DNA of 50,010 bases, from the NCBI GenBank assembly GCA_054600435.1, contig BAAIJX010000003.1, forward strand, positions 806,001-856,010, in the 5' to 3' direction. Below, piece by piece: positions 44,484 to 50,010 of the stretch. Both the position numbers and the translations under genes were made by a program. This stretch comes from Neophaeotheca triangularis (lineage: Eukaryota). The notes under the pieces were generated by a model that was given only the letters and a program-made list of their open reading frames with translations, was not told the DNA's origin and searched no databases. Each line of letters opens with the position of its first letter. The first letter of the stretch is position 1.

Positions 44484-45820
44484 GTGATCCTGATGTCTCC
44501 ATATTATACAGGAGTTTACAGTGCCACAGTCAAACATCTAGGCATCGGATCTGACGCCAGGAAGCTGAAGGGCAGCGAGTGGCTTCCAGTCGTACCGAGG
44601 CTTTGTAGAGCATAAGCGAGGGATACGCCGAGCAAGAGAAGCTGCAGTCTGCAGACAGTGCAGCTGTCAAATGCAGTACACTATTACTGATGAAAGCTTG
44701 AAGCCTAGGCTTCGGTGTATCGCTCGCGGGTGTTAGCCCGAATGCTCATGAAGTAGCTGGCATATTGGCATTGGAGAGCACAGTAGCAATGAACATTCGA
44801 TAGCTGCAAAACTAAGACGCAGGGATCGTGTACCACCTCTTTTATTGCTCCTCTACCTGGGTAGTAGCTAGCGTAGCTGTCATGGAAGGTTTGGTGTGCT
44901 GATAGCTCCTCGGCTACATCGGCACGTGGCGCCATGCGGAAGCCAGACCTTTCCAAGTCAACCTTGGAACATCTTGCGTGCAGGGGGATGCTTAGAATAT
45001 TGAACGGCATCTCGTTTCTCAAAGAACACCAACTGATCATGATAATTTCCAACCTACATGCGCAACACGTTTGGGTCCAGGTTCAAAAGGAAAGCAGTGC
45101 ATCCCTACTTTTTGCAGCCACCGACGGTGAGCTCCATGGACGTGTAAAAAACACTTCGCCGTCACGTCAAGATGCGCCAATCTATTCAAACCGCGCCAAA
45201 TCCCCTTGGCGACACCGCAGTCGCACCGCACCGGCACCGCATTACAGTATCCTCATTATTGTTGCATGATTCCCCACGAGAGCTCCTTTACTTTACACAT
45301 TCCGCCTTCGGATCCATCCCGTCTTTTCTTTCCGCCGAGCTCCAGAGGACCAAAGACTCAACTCCGAGCAGAGAAACACCAACTCCGCTCCCGAGAGCCG
45401 ATCTTCTGTGAGCCGGCTGCACTATGCCGCTCGTAGCAGGTCAAATGGCAAGTGGTACTGTACTCACCGTGTACTCACCACAGCGCGACCATCTTGACCT
45501 CCCCTTCAAGCAAGCCATCTACCTGTCTCTATATGTCAGCACACGCGTAGGTTCGCATCTAAGAAGCTCTCATTCTCGTCATCTCCTCTTACTACCTACC
45601 TCCCTATTCTCACCTAGCATCTTCCATTTCCCCGCCGAACTAACTCTGGATATTCCTACTCCTGTACCGCATCTCCGCTGAGCATTGGCACGTTGTCTCA
45701 AGATACTTGAGACACGCTCGTAATACTTCTACATAACACTTCTACCCGACCGAGCCCCAGCACCTCCGATGCCACCGCACCGATCGCTTCGATAAATCAC
45801 GCATTTAGCAGTCGGACATA

Positions 45821-47819
45821 ATGCCCGGCGAAGATGCTCCAGAGAAAGAGATGGCAGCAACAGGGAAGCGCTCCTCGGTCACGTCCCACGAGGATTCAGG
45901 CCGATCGCCTAGTAGTACACACGGATCGGATAATGATACAATATCAGAAGCTTCTTCGCCAATTGAGGGTGACTATGATCGTCGAGGCAAGGCGCTACGA
46001 CCAACAATATCCCACGCGTCGAGTGCGACAGGCGCTGTAGGCGGCATACCTCCCCATATATTGGACAGAGCTCAAACGAGACGGAGCACCGCAACCAACG
46101 CGACATCAGATCTGGCTTTCGAGGTTGACTTCGAGGACGAAGACGATGGGAACCCGCAAACATGGCCAATGTGGTTCAAGGCAGTGATTCTCGCGGTCAT
46201 GAGCTTTGCTACCACCTCTGTCGTCCTGTATAGCACTTCTTACACTTCAGCAATACCCGGCATGGAAGATGAGTTTGGCATTTCTAATGATATTGCCAAT
46301 CTGGGTATCACAACGTACCTTCTCGGCATGGCTGTTGGCGCAGTCATTCTTGCGCCTCTCTCCGAGATGTTTGGCCGCAGACCGGTCTATATCGTTGCGT
46401 TGGGACTTTTCGTGATACTGACCATACCTTGCGCACTCGCACCGAACATTATCGCTATTCTTGTAACGAGATTCTTTGGCGCGTTCTGCGCAGCTGCTAT
46501 GATATCCAACGCACCTGGTACAGTGTTTTCGTTTGACGAGCGCACTTTAATCACACATTCTGACATGCTCCAGGTACTGTGAACGACATCATCGACGAGG
46601 AGTACCGGGCATTGGCGTTCTCGATCTGGAGTATAGGTCCAATGAACGGCCCAGGTCAGTCACCCAAAGACGCCTGATTGTCCGATCAGTGGCTGACAAT
46701 GTGTTCACAGTGATTGGTCCCGTGGTGGGCGGCTTTACTTTCCAGGGACTTGGTTGGAGATGGACCAATTGGGTAGTGACCTGCGTTTCCGGGGCTGCTT
46801 TCGTAGCTGTCGCTTGCATAAGAGAAACTTACGCACCATCTATATTGAGAAAGCGTGCGGAGAAGAAAAGGAAGGAAACTGGCGATGCGAGGTGGTGGAG
46901 CCGGTACGACGCGAAGACCGAGTTCTTACCACTGCTGAAGGTCAACCTTTCACGACCTTTCGTGATGACCGTCACCGAGCCGATCCTCATATTTTGGGAC
47001 CTCTACATCGCCATTGTCTACGGAATTCTTTACCTCTGCTTCGTTGCCTACCCCATTGTCTTCAATGGCTTGCGAGGGTGGGCTCCCGGAATAGGCGGCC
47101 TGGCATTCTGCGGCATAGGGGTCGGAAGTTTGATCGTCATCGTCTGCGAACCGCTTATCCGGAAAATGATCAATGCCCACAAGAAGGACGAAGATGGAAA
47201 CGTGCCCCCCGAAGCCATGGTCAGCGCCGTCTGCATTGCTGCAATCTGTATCCCAGCCGGCCAGATCTGGTTCTCCTGGACTTGCACGCCCAACGTTCAT
47301 TGGATCTGGCCTATTCTTGCTGGCATCCCGTTCGGCGCGGGCAACGCTGCCGTCTTCATCTACGCCACCAACTATCTCGTCCACAGTTACGGCGTCTACG
47401 CCGCCTCAGCGCTCGCTGGGAACGCAGTCCTGCGGAGCATTATGGGTGCCACGCTGCCCCTTGCGGGGCCTGCAATGTACGCTGCCCTGGGGCCCAATTG
47501 GGCTGGAACGCTGCTCGGTCTGGTGGAAGCTGTCTGTATACCTATCCCTTTCATCTTCTACCGCTACGGCCACAAGATCCGGCAAAAGTCGGCGCTCATC
47601 CGCTCTATGCAAGAGGATAAGCGGAAAATGGACACGAAGAAGAGGGTCGCAGCTGAGAAAGAGGAGAGAAGGCTGGAGCTGGAGGCAGAAGGCGGTGCTG
47701 GCATGCTCACGGGTTCTGCGTTGGAGGAGATGGAGGACGCGGAGCAAGATGTTGAAAAGGGGCATTTGCATCGTTATCATCAGCATGATTTACATCAGGG
47801 CAAAGAAGCTGGCGGGTGA
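45821..47819 (+). CDS. MFS multidrug transporter, DHA1 family, 3 exons
   Basis: Motifs NPQTWP, APLSEMFGRRPVY, GPVVGGF..GWRW, ETYAPSIL, RPFVMTVTEPI and YAASALAGN. Introns 46518-46573 and 46655-46710. Confidence 0.9.
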
Positions 47820-48050
47820 AGGGAGCATGCTGTTTTCAAGCGTGGCGCTTCGGCGTTCTGTCTTTTTAGAGACCGTTGTTCGCCTGATCTAGACATATTC
47901 ATAACAGACTTCCCGTCTCCATTACTGATAGCTCATCATTACGGTAAGTAATACTAGGTATTTCGCAGCGCTTAAAAGACGGCTCCTTCCGAGCACATGT
48001 TTTTCCGGCTCTTACCTTTACTTTCACAAGCTCGCTGACAAAAAAAAGTA

Positions 48051-48365
48051 CCGAGGTGTTTCCCCCGCGATTTCTCCACGCGGACTATCCCGGCTTGCAT
48101 CAAGTGCACGTGATTAAGCAACGACACCTCGTCCTTTGGACCGAGTTAATCTCTGGTTCTTTGCCATTATACCGAGGATTTTTTTGGCCGAAAAATTGCA
48201 TTCTTCGAGGCGTGCTAACAGCCCTAATAGATACACCACAGACGCGGAACAGATCGGGAGGATACCAAACAGAAACGGGCAGGCGTCCAGATCCCAGTCA
48301 GACGGACTCCCGCAAGGAATGCTAGCCTATGAGTGACGCTATAAGACCATCTTGGCTTGCCTCGG
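48051..48365 (+). promoter_or_regulatory. Putative ICL1 upstream regulatory region: three CCTCGG/CCGAGG (FarA/FarB-type) and two SYGGRG (CreA-type) motifs
   Basis: CCGAGG at 48051 and 48172; CCTCGG at 48360; CCCCGC at 48063 and CTCCAC at 48074 (SYGGRG on the minus strand). Confidence 0.5.
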
Positions 48366-48588
48366 TCCAGTGGAAAGTTAGGTGTCTAGCTCTCGGTTGT
48401 CTCATCATTGCCCAGAGCTGCTTTGTCGTCTCGAGGTATCTCCTTCTTTTCTACTCTCTTATTACTCTCTCATACACCTCAAACCTAGCAGGTATCTCTA
48501 GAACAAGCTGGCAGACCGCGTCAAACAGCTCGTCCAATCCGTGTCTTCCGTCCTCCCCACCAGTCTCTCCGCAGCACCAGAAGCTACC

Positions 48589-50010
48589 ATGGCAGAATCC
48601 AAGAACGAGCAGCAAGCGTTTGAAGATGAGGTCAAGCAAGTACAAGAGTGGTGGAACGACAGCAGATGGCGGTATACCCGCCGTCCCTTCACGGCCGAGC
48701 AGATTGTGTCTAAGCGTGGAACGATCAAGATCGACTACCCCAGCAGTGTTATGGCCAAGAAGCTGTGGAAGACCGTCGAGGGGCGCTTCGCGGTACGTTC
48801 AGATGGGGACATACCTGCGACTGATACAGACCGACTGACGGACAACCACAGAACCGAGAGGCAAGCTACACTTACGGCTGCCTTGACCCCGTGATGGTCA
48901 CCCAGATGGCCAAGTACCTCGACACCGTCTACGTCTCGGGCTGGCAGTCTTCCTCCACAGCCTCGGCGTCGAACGAGCCTGGCCCGGATCTTGCGGACTA
49001 CCCTTACACCACCGTCCCTAACAAGGTCGAGCACCTCTTCATGGCGCAGCTGTTCCACGACCGCAAGCAACGTGAGGAGCGTATGAGCACTGCGTCTGCT
49101 GATCGAGCCAACCTGCAACACATTGACTTCATGAGGCCTTTGGTGGCTGATGCCGACACCGGTCACGGTGGTTTGACTGCGGTCATGAAGCTCACCAAAC
49201 TTTTCGTTGAGAAGGGAGCTGCTGGCATCCACATTGAGGACCAAGCACCTGGAACCAAGAAGTGCGGCCACATGGCTGGCAAGGTCTTGGTGCCCATCAG
49301 CGAGCACATTAACCGCCTGGTCGCCATTAGAGCGCAAGCCGACATCATGGGTAAGATAGCTGACGCAGTGTGAGATGAAAGATATGGCTAACGGTAGTAG
49401 GCTCCGACCTCCTGGCCATCGCTCGTACCGATTCCGAAGCCGCAACCCTCATCACCTCCACCATCGACCCCCGCGACCACGCCTTTATTCTTGGTGCCAC
49501 CAACAGCAACCTCCAGCCTCTGAGCGACCTCATGGTAGCCGCTGAGCAGGCCGGCAAGACTGGCGACGAACTGCAAGCCATCGAAGACGCCTGGAGCGCA
49601 CAGGCCAACCTCAAGCTCTTCGACGAGGCTGTCGCAGACACCATCCACGCCGGCGTCCACGTCAACAAGAAAGAGATGGTCGACGAGTACTTGAAGCTCT
49701 CTAAGGGAAAGAGCAACAACGAGGCTCGCGCCATCGCCAAGGGTTTGACCGGCGTTGACGTCCACTTCGACTGGGATGCTGCCCGCACGCGCGAGGGGTA
49801 CTACAGGTACCGTGGCGGCTGCCAATGCGCCGTCAACAGAGCCATTGCCTACGCTCCCTACTGCGACCTCATCTGGATGGAGAGCAAGCTCCCCGACTTC
49901 AACCAGGCCAAAGAATTCGCATCAGGCGTGCACGCTGTCTACCCGGAGCAAAAGTAAGCCACCCTTCAACCATCAAACCCTCCCCCCCCCCCCCCCCCCT
50001 CCCAGAAGAC
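48589..50010 (+). CDS. ICL1: Isocitrate lyase (glyoxylate cycle), truncated by the window end
   Basis: Motifs [54 protein letters not shown] and DLIWMES. Introns 48793-48851, 49351-49400 and 49954 onward. Confidence 0.96.
49982..49999 (+). repeat. Poly-C homopolymer (18 nt) inside ICL1 intron 3
   Basis: Run of 18 C read directly, downstream of the GTAAGC donor at 49954. Confidence 0.85.

Noticed and set aside
44500..45800. Short ORFs (e.g. 44705-45052) between the methyltransferase and the MFS gene
   Set aside because: No recognisable motifs or coding-like composition; more likely promoter and 5' UTR sequence.
48589..50010. Could be 2-methylisocitrate lyase rather than ICL1
   Set aside because: It has KKCGHMAGK and no mitochondrial presequence, which fits the glyoxylate-cycle enzyme.

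Overview
Gene-dense eukaryotic DNA from a filamentous ascomycete (Pezizomycotina; Dothideomycete-like by gene style, which is inference). It has about 20 protein-coding genes, many with short 50-90 nt introns showing GT donors, CTRAC/CTAAC branch sites and YAG acceptors. In order: a low-complexity hypothetical gene head-to-head with the Yen1/GEN1 resolvase, an orphan protein, a secreted aldose 1-epimerase, tRNA m5C methyltransferase NCL1/TRM4, a TLC-domain protein, a DUF4185-like protein, V-ATPase subunit d (VMA6), a Hub1/UBL5 domain fused to an RS-rich extension, a histidine phosphatase, a 5'-nucleotidase, a reticulon, a divergent AsnRS paralogue, a GT2 synthase, eIF3i, a Cys-rich ABCG half-transporter, two DHA1 MFS transporters flanking a halide/thiol methyltransferase, and isocitrate lyase (cut by the window end). 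I saw no rRNA, tRNA, CRISPR array or transposon. The most notable items are: (1) a nested [D5,6] spliceosomal twin intron (stwintron) in the reticulon gene; (2) an AsnRS paralogue that appears to have lost its anticodon-reading residues, lying head-to-head with an atypical GT2 in a gene-poor island; (3) recurrent strand-symmetric C/A-rich to G/T-rich switches near gene 3' ends; (4) a non-canonical Hub1; (5) clustered FarA/B- and CreA-type motifs upstream of ICL1. All protein assignments come from motif recognition by eye; no database search was run.
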